IMG/VR virus record: IMGVR_UViG_3300029798_000001
Reading direction: 5' to 3' (one strand)
DNA: 64,000 nt
From: a virus
Lineage: Duplodnaviria > Caudoviricetes
This document shows, in pieces, positions 9,057-17,118 of the stretch. Numbering within the stretch: the stretch's first letter is position 1; each line of letters opens with the position of its first letter. The notes under the pieces are model-generated. The model was not told the DNA's origin. It ran no database searches and saw only the letters and a list, made by a program, of their open reading frames with translations. A program made the translations under genes and the position numbers.

Positions 9057-9811
9057 TATTTACTAATCTAGAACAAAGTCATAATCATAGTTTAAACACA
9101 CTGAATGCACTACAAGAGTATGACGAATTTATGGAAAGTATTGCTACTCTAGCAGATCTCGGATGCGGCGCAGGATTGGATACAGAATGGTGGGCAACCA
9201 GAACCACTCGGGCAGATAATCCTAAACCACTTAATATCCAATGTACCGGAATTGATATTATTGAACAGTCGTTTGCCCCTAACAAATATACGAATGTTTC
9301 GTATCAAAGCACTAATTTTGAAAAAACAATAGCATTATCGGGGGATAAAAAATACGATGTATTATGGTGTCACGACGCATTTCAATATTGTATAGATCCA
9401 ATTGGAACCCTGAGTAACTGGTATAATATTGCTAACGACAACGGCATGTTGGTATTGATAGTACCAGAGACTATGGACATTCATCATAAACAGTTGGCAT
9501 TTATGCAACCGTCAGGGTGTTACTATCATCATACTATGGTTAGTCTTATACATATGTTGTCTGTGTCCGGGTGGGATTGCGGTGGCGGGTTTTTTCTAAA
9601 ACAACCGACTAATCCATGGTTGCATGCCGTAGTTTATAAATCAGAACATAAACCAATGGATCCTCGCGTAACTGGTTGGCATCAATTAAGCGAAATGAAT
9701 CTATTGCCAGAAACCGCTAAACAAAGCATCCAGGCACATAATTATATACGCCAACAAGATTTAGTGTTGCCTTGGTTAGATAAGAGCTTAATTTGGCTTG
9801 GTAATTATTAA
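9053..9811 (+). CDS. Class I SAM-dependent methyltransferase
   Basis: Motif I LADLGCGAG, GIDI, YDVLWCHD, GMLVLIVP. Confidence 0.8.
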   Translation: MIFTNLEQSHNHSLNTLNALQEYDEFMESIATLADLGCGAGLDTEWWATRTTRADNPKPLNIQCTGIDIIEQSFAPNKYTNVSYQSTNFEKTIALSGDKKYDVLWCHDAFQYCIDPIGTLSNWYNIANDNGMLVLIVPETMDIHHKQLAFMQPSGCYYHHTMVSLIHMLSVSGWDCGGGFFLKQPTNPWLHAVVYKSEHKPMDPRVTGWHQLSEMNLLPETAKQSIQAHNYIRQQDLVLPWLDKSLIWLGNY

Positions 9812-9854
9812 AAACTGACAGATCAGCTAAATACTGTTATAGGAGATTTCAATA

Positions 9855-10340
9855 ATGGCACAAAACCGCACTTTACAATTTATAGGCCTTGCATACGGAG
9901 ATACACCGGTCTCTGTAACTGCCGAAATTAACGGAACTACAGTATTTTCGGGTGAAATATCTACTGTAAATTCTCCATTTCCACTTTCATCTGAAATAAA
10001 TTTATCAACCAATCCAGTCTTGTTCACAGTTAACGATTCTCCCTTGTTCCCAACAAATTTTTCTGGATCTTACCCAATGACAATATCAGCCACTGGCGGA
10101 TATGGACTAGTAGTAGGTGTTGTAACCTGCAATTATATGCTTCCTTCAGGTAATGCAAATAGTTTTGCATCTTGCTATTATAATGCCATTTCAAACGTTG
10201 GTGATCCTAGATCTAATGTGATTATAAATGGTAATCCGATTAAGTCGACACCTCCGCCGAATGGTGCTTGGTACTGGGAAGCAACTTCTCCAGGAAATAT
10301 TGTGTGCGATTTGAGTGTTGATTTAGGTAATGTTGCCTAA
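9855..10340 (+). CDS. Late hypothetical protein, probably virion-associated
   Basis: Late-type CTAAATA at 9827-9833, AGGAG RBS, beta-rich S/T/N/G composition, followed by a terminator. Confidence 0.55.
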   Translation: MAQNRTLQFIGLAYGDTPVSVTAEINGTTVFSGEISTVNSPFPLSSEINLSTNPVLFTVNDSPLFPTNFSGSYPMTISATGGYGLVVGVVTCNYMLPSGNANSFASCYYNAISNVGDPRSNVIINGNPIKSTPPPNGAWYWEATSPGNIVCDLSVDLGNVA

Positions 10341-10359
10341 GTTAGTAGCTACTAACTTA
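10338..10359. repeat. Perfect 22-bp palindrome TAAGTTAGTAGCTACTAACTTA
   Basis: The sequence equals its own reverse complement (checked by hand). Confidence 0.9.
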
Positions 10360-10361
10360 AT

Positions 10362-10389
10362 AAAAGCCCTACCTTGCTAGGGTTTTTTT
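10362..10389 (+). terminator. Intrinsic terminator
   Basis: AAAAGCCCTA-CCTTGC-TAGGGTTTTTTT. Confidence 0.75.
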
Positions 10390-10393
10390 ATGG

Positions 10394-10422
10394 TTGACTA
10401 TTAAAGACCTTTTTGCTATAAT
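10394..10422 (+). promoter_or_regulatory. Early sigma70-type promoter
   Basis: TTGACT-17-TATAAT with extended -10 TG. Confidence 0.75.
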
Positions 10423-10452
10423 ATTAATATAATAACAAATAAGGAGTTTTAA

Positions 10453-10584
10453 ATGGACTCAAACACAATCTTAATCGTAATGGCACTAGCATACGGCTCA
10501 TTCTTGGGCTATTGTTTAGGCCGTGCTCACGGCTATAGTCAAGGTGCCGAAATGGCCCGTGCAATTTACGGTATCCGTAAATAA
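10453..10584 (+). CDS. 43-aa single-TM protein, absent from the ORF track
   Basis: AAGGAG RBS; MDSNTILIVMALAYGSFLGYCLGRAHGYSQGAEMARAIYGIRK. Confidence 0.7.
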   Translation: MDSNTILIVMALAYGSFLGYCLGRAHGYSQGAEMARAIYGIRK

Positions 10585-10588
10585 GCGG

Positions 10589-10617
10589 TTGACCAGAAAT
10601 TGCCAATATAGTATAAT
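10589..10617 (+). promoter_or_regulatory. Early promoter of the repeated GGTTGACC class
   Basis: TTGACC-17-TATAAT, with TATAGT 5 nt downstream. Confidence 0.8.
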
Positions 10618-10647
10618 AGTTGTATAGTTAATAAAAAGGAGCTAACC

Positions 10648-11694
10648 TTGAGTACAGTAATTATTAAAAACGGAACATACCGTAATCAACCCGTAAACAA
10701 TATAACCTTTAATCTAGTTAAAGGTTATCAAACAGGAGCCAAGGGAGGCTATGTGACTGTAAAATCAGATGGCTTTTTTGGCCCAGACTTACCAGAAATA
10801 GTTCGTGTTAATGTCACTGGCATTGAAGATGTAGAATTTACTGCCGAATCTACACCAGTTGGCGAGTTTATAACACCAATTGCTCATCCTCGTGTTCATG
10901 TTCATACCGCGCCGGTGGAAACTGATGAAGAAGTTATTGCCCGTATTGGCGAACGCTTTGACATTCTTGACCAAATGACTAAGGCCACGATTGCAGGAGA
11001 TGTCCGTGCTATGATTGTAGTTGGCCCTCCTGGTGTGGGCAAGAGTTATGGTGTGGAAAAACAGTTAGAACATTCTGGCTTGTTTGATCAGTTGAGTGGT
11101 CGTCGTGTCAAGTATGAAGTTATCAAAGGTGCTATGACTCCGATTGGATTATACTGCACCTTGTATAAACATTCTGACAAGAACAATGTCATAGTTTTTG
11201 ATGACTGTGACTCGGTATTCCAAGACGACTTGAGCTTGAACATTCTTAAAGCCGCCCTGGACTCTGGTAAGAAGCGTCGTATCTACTGGAATAGTGATTC
11301 ATCCATGTTGCGTCGTGAAGGCGTTCCTGATATGTTTGACTTTAAAGGTTCCTGTATTTTTATTACCAATTTACAGTTCCAAAACCTTAAATCTAAGAAG
11401 TTGCAAGACCACTTAGAAGCATTACAAAGTCGTTGTCACTTTATAGACTTAACCCTTAACACCATGCGTGATCGTTTCTTGCGTATTAAGCAGATTTACC
11501 TAAAGGGCGAGTTGTTTGCAGACTACAATTTTAGCTCAGAACAAGGTGACGAGATCATTGGGTTTATGGAAACTAATCAAAGTCGACTGCGTGAAATGAG
11601 CCTGCGTATGGCACTTAAGATTGCAGATTTAACCAATGTATCCAGTGATAACTGGAAGGCACTAGCCGCTAGCACTTGTATGAAAAATTCTTAA
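10648..11694 (+). CDS. AAA+ family ATPase with uncharacterised N-terminal domain
   Basis: Walker A GPPGVGKS, Walker B IVFDDCD, IFITN sensor, ALQSRC Arg finger; AAGGAG RBS with TTG start. Confidence 0.8.
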   Translation: MSTVIIKNGTYRNQPVNNITFNLVKGYQTGAKGGYVTVKSDGFFGPDLPEIVRVNVTGIEDVEFTAESTPVGEFITPIAHPRVHVHTAPVETDEEVIARIGERFDILDQMTKATIAGDVRAMIVVGPPGVGKSYGVEKQLEHSGLFDQLSGRRVKYEVIKGAMTPIGLYCTLYKHSDKNNVIVFDDCDSVFQDDLSLNILKAALDSGKKRRIYWNSDSSMLRREGVPDMFDFKGSCIFITNLQFQNLKSKKLQDHLEALQSRCHFIDLTLNTMRDRFLRIKQIYLKGELFADYNFSSEQGDEIIGFMETNQSRLREMSLRMALKIADLTNVSSDNWKALAASTCMKNS

Positions 11695-11749
11695 TCGGGT
11701 AAACGACCCGGTAAGTAAACGGTAGCTCCTGGGTAGTGCAAACTACCCA
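11694..11749 (+). other. Two stem-loops after the ATPase stop codon
   Basis: CGGGT-AAACG-ACCCG (11696-11710) and TGGGTAGT-GCAA-ACTACCCA (11730-11749, GNRA loop). Confidence 0.6.
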
Positions 11750-11755
11750 CTTTCG

Positions 11756-11781
11756 ACAGGCCTTTAGGGGCCTGTTTTTTT
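11756..11781 (+). terminator. Intrinsic terminator
   Basis: ACAGGCCT-TTAG-GGGCCTGT followed by T6. Confidence 0.8.
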
Positions 11782-11809
11782 GACTTTAGTTTGCTAAGTA
11801 TGTTATACT
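11780..11809 (+). promoter_or_regulatory. Sigma70-type promoter; uvsW probably leaderless
   Basis: TTGACT-18-TATACT with TG extension; ATG 6 nt after the -10. Confidence 0.65.
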
Positions 11810-11815
11810 ATCACA

Positions 11816-13789
11816 ATGCGAACAGCCACAATTATAATCAAAGATGAAGTTAATATTAAAATAGAAGGCCTAGAGCTCGATGTTCGCCGTGCATTGGTAA
11901 ATGCGTTTAAGTATGATGTTCCGGGTGCTCGTTACTTACCTGCGGTTCGTCTTGGCCGATGGGATGGTAAAATTAGTTACTTTCAGCTCGGCGGTAGCAC
12001 CTATGTAAATTTACTACCAGAGATTATTCCTATACTTGAAAAGTTTAACTATGATATTGAGCTAGATGATCAACGGGACTATTCTACTACATTTGCGTTT
12101 GAGCAGGTAACAGAACAAACCTTTGGGCATATTATGTGGGGTAAAGGACATCCAATGGAAGGTAAACCAATGGAGTTGCGTGACTATCAAGTAGAGATCA
12201 TTAACAACTTCCTTGAGAATCCACAATGTATCCAGGAGATTGCCACTGGCGCTGGTAAATGTTTGGCTGGCGATACTAAACTGCGGTTATCAATTGATGA
12301 AAATACTGCTTTTGGAAAATTTATGCTAAATAAATTGCAACAGGAGCTGGATAATGATGTTACAAGAAATAATAAAGAATTATCCATCGGAAAGTTGGCA
12401 GAATATATTGAGGAGTTTTATGCAACAACTCTTATTGACAATATAGAAATAGATGTAGGTAATTTAGGCATAGTCGTTCCTGCTGTAGATAACACAGTTC
12501 AAGTAAATTGTTTTATCAAAAAATATAATCTTCCCATGGTTGAGTTGTCGTTTGATAATGGATATACAATCAAGGTTGCCAAAAATCACATACTACAATC
12601 CAGCGGCAGTGACATATATGCAAAAAATGTAGCAATTGGTGATAAATTAGATCATTTGGCAGGGTCTGTTGCAATTACTTCGATACGCTATATTGACAAT
12701 GAAGATTGTTATGATATATCAATCCCAGCACCACATTTATATTGTGATGCAAATGGATTAATACACCATAACACTGTGATCACAGCCGCACTGAGTAACG
12801 CCGTGACACCATATGGTCGCACTATTATTATTGTTCCTAATAAGAGTCTAGTAACACAAACAGAAAAAGACTACATCAACATGGAACAGGATGTGGGTGT
12901 GTTCTTTGGCGACCGTAAGGAATTTGGTCGACAGCATACTATCTGCACTTGGCAAAGTTTAAATGTCTTACTAAAGAATACAAAGAACTCTGTAGGCGAC
13001 ATTACCATACAAGATTTCCTAGAAGATGTTGTATGCGTTATTGTTGACGAAGTCCATATGGCCAAAGCCGACGCACTAAAGACTTTGCTCACAGGTGTAA
13101 TGAGCCGTATACCATTACGCTGGGGACTAACAGGAACTATACCCAAGGAACCATTTGAATTCCAAGCACTGAAGTGTAGTCTTGGCCCGGTTATTAATCA
13201 ACTTAGTGCTAGCGAGTTACAAGATCGAGGAGTCTTGGCACAATGCCATGTGAACGTGGTGCAGTTAGTTGATCATGCAGATTTTACCAATTATCAAAGC
13301 GAATTAAAGTTCCTATTGGAAGACCCCGATAGGCTTAAAACAATTGCACAACTAATCGCACAAGTTAACGCCACAGGTAATACACTGGTGCTAGTAGATC
13401 GTGTAGCTGCCGGGCATGCATTAGTGGACTTGTTAGGTGACCGGGCGGTGTTTGTTAGTGGTGCAACCAAAGCAAAGGCGAGGCAAGATGAATATGACGA
13501 AGTGGCAACTAGCACTGGGAAGATTATTATTGCTACCTACGGTATTGCTGCTGTTGGTATTAATTTGCCTAGGATTTTCAACCTGGTTCTCGTGGAGCCT
13601 GGAAAATCTTTTGTACGTGTTATCCAGTCCATCGGACGTGGTATTCGTAAAGCCGAAGACAAAGACCATGTACAAATATGGGATGTAACCAGCACCTGCA
13701 AGTTTGCCAAACGCCATTTAACTAAGCGCAAGCAGTTTTATAAGGATGCCGCATACCCCTTTACACAAGAGAAACTAGAATGGAAATAA
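11816..13789 (+). CDS. uvsW: UvsW-like superfamily 2 helicase containing an intein
   Basis: LRDYQ, ATGAGK|T (split), VDEVH, GLTGT, IATYGIAAVGIN, QSIGRGIR. Confidence 0.9.
   Translation: MRTATIIIKDEVNIKIEGLELDVRRALVNAFKYDVPGARYLPAVRLGRWDGKISYFQLGGSTYVNLLPEIIPILEKFNYDIELDDQRDYSTTFAFEQVTEQTFGHIMWGKGHPMEGKPMELRDYQVEIINNFLENPQCIQEIATGAGKCLAGDTKLRLSIDENTAFGKFMLNKLQQELDNDVTRNNKELSIGKLAEYIEEFYATTLIDNIEIDVGNLGIVVPAVDNTVQVNCFIKKYNLPMVELSFDNGYTIKVAKNHILQSSGSDIYAKNVAIGDKLDHLAGSVAITSIRYIDNEDCYDISIPAPHLYCDANGLIHHNTVITAALSNAVTPYGRTIIIVPNKSLVTQTEKDYINMEQDVGVFFGDRKEFGRQHTICTWQSLNVLLKNTKNSVGDITIQDFLEDVVCVIVDEVHMAKADALKTLLTGVMSRIPLRWGLTGTIPKEPFEFQALKCSLGPVINQLSASELQDRGVLAQCHVNVVQLVDHADFTNYQSELKFLLEDPDRLKTIAQLIAQVNATGNTLVLVDRVAAGHALVDLLGDRAVFVSGATKAKARQDEYDEVATSTGKIIIATYGIAAVGINLPRIFNLVLVEPGKSFVRVIQSIGRGIRKAEDKDHVQIWDVTSTCKFAKRHLTKRKQFYKDAAYPFTQEKLEWK
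12260..12772 (+). mobile_element. Mini-intein (171 aa, no homing endonuclease) in the Walker A motif
   Basis: Starts CLAGDTKL and ends CYDISI...LIHHN, followed by Thr; removal restores GAGKT. Confidence 0.9.
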
Positions 13790-13792
13790 AGG

Positions 13793-13820
13793 TTGCAATG
13801 ACCAAAAAATATGTTATAAT
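13793..13820 (+). promoter_or_regulatory. Sigma70-type promoter, leaderless configuration
   Basis: TTGCAA-16-TATAAT with TG extension; ATG 6 nt downstream. Confidence 0.6.
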
Positions 13821-13826
13821 AAACTT

Positions 13827-14327
13827 ATGAAGATATTGACCTTAGACAACACCCCCTTTGATCTTGATCATTTACCAGAAGAAGTAGATGATATGCGGTT
13901 TGCTATTTTTGACAATAGCGATCCTAAGGACCCAGACTATCATTATATTCCATTAATCTTTTTAGAAAGTTTTACAGCACCTGCTTTGGTACTACGCATT
14001 GGTGAACACCGAATTAAGATGCCAGTGGACTGGCAAATCTTAATTGGAGAACCAGACTTAGGCGACTTAGAAGTATTACCATTAACCAGTATCAACGATC
14101 GCGGGTTTAAAGCATTTCAATTTAATCCGTTAAGCAGTTTTCGTCCTAGTTTCCTTGACGTAGAAATTATTGACGTGTATCAAGAAGTAACATGGTATGC
14201 TCCTAAACTTAAAAACGGACAGATGTTATGTGTACCTGTAAGCGAAGGTGAAAAACCCGACTGTGTTTATTTTGTTAAAGACATTAGTCGCAACTGCGAA
14301 GTGGTAAATTACAATCAGGCCTGGTAG
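13827..14327 (+). CDS. Hypothetical protein, possibly a degenerate Hint-like fold
   Basis: The beta-strand pattern resembles Hint blocks by eye, but there is no N-terminal Cys, TxxH or terminal HN. Confidence 0.6.
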   Translation: MKILTLDNTPFDLDHLPEEVDDMRFAIFDNSDPKDPDYHYIPLIFLESFTAPALVLRIGEHRIKMPVDWQILIGEPDLGDLEVLPLTSINDRGFKAFQFNPLSSFRPSFLDVEIIDVYQEVTWYAPKLKNGQMLCVPVSEGEKPDCVYFVKDISRNCEVVNYNQAW

Positions 14328-14773
14328 TGGAAAAACTTAGTATAGCTAATGAGATGATGTGTTTTGATCGTAAAGATCGTAAATTTTACGATAGTCTAAC
14401 TGAGGAAGAACGCAAAAAATTTAGTAATTTTCTAATGATTCGCTATGGTTCTACGGTACAAGGTAGTCGCGATCTCCAAGAGTTTTATTTGATTAGTTGT
14501 AATGAACGATTGAATAAACATTTTTTTGTTATTAACAAACATCCTAAATTACAATGGCTATGTGCCACCGCAGTTAGTCCCGGACTAGGTACACACCGGC
14601 ATCAGTGGATTGCTCCCAAGAAAAAAGAAGCCGGGGCAAGTGGCATCCGAAAGCAAATTGCAGAACTATTTCCACACTTAAAAGATGATGAAGTAGAACT
14701 AATGGCCAAAATTAACACTAAAAAAGACATAGACGCATATCTTAAAGAGCTAGGACAAGAAGTTAAAAAATGA
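14327..14773 (+). CDS. Putative gp62-like clamp-loader small subunit
   Basis: FSNFLMIRY, an N-x-H-F segment and QWIAPKKK followed by a short helical C-terminus, resembling the T4 gp62 pattern. Confidence 0.5.
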   Translation: MEKLSIANEMMCFDRKDRKFYDSLTEEERKKFSNFLMIRYGSTVQGSRDLQEFYLISCNERLNKHFFVINKHPKLQWLCATAVSPGLGTHRHQWIAPKKKEAGASGIRKQIAELFPHLKDDEVELMAKINTKKDIDAYLKELGQEVKK

Positions 14774-15444
14774 AATATACCTGTCAGTATTGTAAAAAGG
14801 ACTTTATGAAGGAGTCCAGCCTTGCGGTTCATTCATGCGAACCTCGACGCCGTCGCATGGAAAAAGACGAAGCCGGTGTACGCTTAGGCTTTCATTCGTA
14901 TATTAAATTTTATGAATTAACACAGGGATCTGCTAAGTTAAAAACATATGACGACTTTTGTGACAGTCCTTATTACAAAGCCTTTGTAAAGTTTGGTCGT
15001 TATTGTGTAGATGTTAAGGCAATTAACCCAGCCAGGTTTACTGAGTGGGTATTAAAACAAAATAAAAAAATTGATCATTGGTGTAAAGATACAGTGTACA
15101 CAGAATATTTAACAGACTACCTGCGGGTAGAAAACATCAATGATTCATTAGCTCGTGCTATGGAGTTTGGTATAGACTGGTCAGAAAAGTCTGGGAATCC
15201 TGCAGAAGATTGTTTGCGTTACGGCAACACCAATGCTATGGTCTATGCTGTAACCGCAGGCAGAATTAGTCCTTGGATTATTTACAATAGTGAATCTGGC
15301 CAAAAATTTCTAAGCGAGCTCGATCCAACACAAATTGCTATGGTGTGGCCCTACATTGACGCAGATTTTTGGATGAAAAAGTTTAAAGACTATCCAGCAG
15401 ATCAACAGTACGCCAGAGATATTTTGGAGAAAGCAGGATGGTGA
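14770..15444 (+). CDS. Protein with N-terminal C2H2-like zinc finger
   Basis: YTCQYCKKDF...LAVHSC. Confidence 0.65.
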   Translation: MKYTCQYCKKDFMKESSLAVHSCEPRRRRMEKDEAGVRLGFHSYIKFYELTQGSAKLKTYDDFCDSPYYKAFVKFGRYCVDVKAINPARFTEWVLKQNKKIDHWCKDTVYTEYLTDYLRVENINDSLARAMEFGIDWSEKSGNPAEDCLRYGNTNAMVYAVTAGRISPWIIYNSESGQKFLSELDPTQIAMVWPYIDADFWMKKFKDYPADQQYARDILEKAGW

Positions 15445-15887
15445 CATACCCGGGTTCTTTTGCTGGATATTTAATATGCAGCCCCGATCCAGAGATAGAC
15501 TATATAGCATCTCAGACGGTAGTAGTATCGGTGCAACAACATAATCGAGTGTTGGCCACTAAACTAATTGAAAAAATCGATGTAATCGGCCAATTCTTTG
15601 AATTAGCTTTTAATTATGTCGAGTTAACTGGAAATATTCAATTGATAATCGAGACACATTCTGTTGGCAATCAATTTAATAAAGATAATCCGATTACGAT
15701 AGACCAGTTAATACTTGATGATTTATTTACAATTCCTCATTTACTAATGTCGGGCAAGTTATTGAATAGTAATCAACAAGAGTTAGATACTGGTAATGTG
15801 TTATGGCAATCCGGACAATTAATATATACCTTTAATTTGCCAATTGTTAGTAACGTCGGTATTACGAATACTGGTATTAGTACATGA
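15438..15887 (+). CDS. Hypothetical protein
   Basis: ORF track; overlaps both neighbouring genes. Confidence 0.55.
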   Translation: MVTYPGSFAGYLICSPDPEIDYIASQTVVVSVQQHNRVLATKLIEKIDVIGQFFELAFNYVELTGNIQLIIETHSVGNQFNKDNPITIDQLILDDLFTIPHLLMSGKLLNSNQQELDTGNVLWQSGQLIYTFNLPIVSNVGITNTGIST

Positions 15888-16543
15888 GAATAAATCATAT
15901 TTTAAATATAGGGTATCCAAAATGCGGAACTACTTGGTGCTGGACCTTACTTACACAACAGACTTGGTTTACTAATCCTGGAGATAAAGAAAATAATGAT
16001 TTGATTGAACGAGTTACAGTAGCAGACTACACAAAAATATATATTGATAGTAATATCACCGCAAACTTTAGCACCGCAAATTTTACATTAGATCGATATA
16101 TTATAAAACAGCTTAGTGAACTGCCAACAACAACAGCTAGCATTATTCTTAGAAATCCATTTGATCTTTACTGGAGTCTTTATAATTTTATGCCAAATCC
16201 TCTTAATACGCCTTATAATACTTTTGTTAATAATTTGATTAAGCAATCTTGGTTTCATAGGCCTGCGCACATCATTAACCGATGGCAACAATTTTTTGAA
16301 AAAGACAGATTTTGCATATTTTTTTATGATGACCTTCAAAAAAACAGTTCTGATTTTTTTAATAACTACTGCAAACAAATGCGGCTTCCAACACCGACTA
16401 TTTTAGATACTAGCCTAGTGAATGTAACTGAATATAAAAATACTAGTAAGGAATTGCACCCCGATTTAGTGACATTAATAAATCAAGAAATTGATAATTT
16501 ACAAGTATATGTAGATTATGATGTATTAAAATGGAAACGTTGA
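15884..16543 (+). CDS. Sulfotransferase (P-loop type)
   Basis: IGYPKCGTTW 5'-PSB and LRNPFDLYWSLY 3'-PB motifs; IFFYDDL. Confidence 0.75.
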   Translation: MRINHILNIGYPKCGTTWCWTLLTQQTWFTNPGDKENNDLIERVTVADYTKIYIDSNITANFSTANFTLDRYIIKQLSELPTTTASIILRNPFDLYWSLYNFMPNPLNTPYNTFVNNLIKQSWFHRPAHIINRWQQFFEKDRFCIFFYDDLQKNSSDFFNNYCKQMRLPTPTILDTSLVNVTEYKNTSKELHPDLVTLINQEIDNLQVYVDYDVLKWKR

Positions 16544-17118
16544 TGAGCGCAGATATTGATATTGATTTAGCAGATAGAGATCAACTATTACGGTTAATTA
16601 CTGCCACCCCAGCACGGCAATTCCACCAAGCGCAAGTTAGACGCCACAACTCGGGTGTGTATGTTACTGATATTCCGTATGACCCTGTTAATGCTTGCGC
16701 CGCAATAGATTATGAAACAGCCGAGCAACACGGATATTTTAAAATAGATTTATTAAACATGAGTGTGTATCAACTAATTAAAAGTCCTGACCATTATGAA
16801 CAAATGTTAATAAAAGAGCCAACCTGGGGTCGATTATGTACCGACTCAGAGTGGACAAAACAAGTAGCACATATTGGAAATTATACAGATTTGTTGCAAT
16901 CAATGAAACCCGACAGTATTCCTAGACTTGCTGCGTTTATTAGTATTATTCGCCCTGGCAAAGTACATCTACAAAACAAGCCCTGGGCAGAAGTATTCGA
17001 GTCAGTATGGGACGGTGATGAATCTAACGGCTACACATTCAAAAAAAGTCATGCCCTTAGCTACAGCGTATTAGTTACCCTTCATATGAATTTATTGTCA
17101 GAAAATAATAGTATGTGA
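16543..17118 (+). CDS. Miniature DNA polymerase III alpha (family C) catalytic core, 191 aa
   Basis: ADIDIDL, HNSGVYV, GYFKIDLL, IIRPG and GYTFKKSHALSY are collinear with DnaE motifs. Start taken at the TGATG overlap. Confidence 0.75.
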   Translation: MSADIDIDLADRDQLLRLITATPARQFHQAQVRRHNSGVYVTDIPYDPVNACAAIDYETAEQHGYFKIDLLNMSVYQLIKSPDHYEQMLIKEPTWGRLCTDSEWTKQVAHIGNYTDLLQSMKPDSIPRLAAFISIIRPGKVHLQNKPWAEVFESVWDGDESNGYTFKKSHALSYSVLVTLHMNLLSENNSM

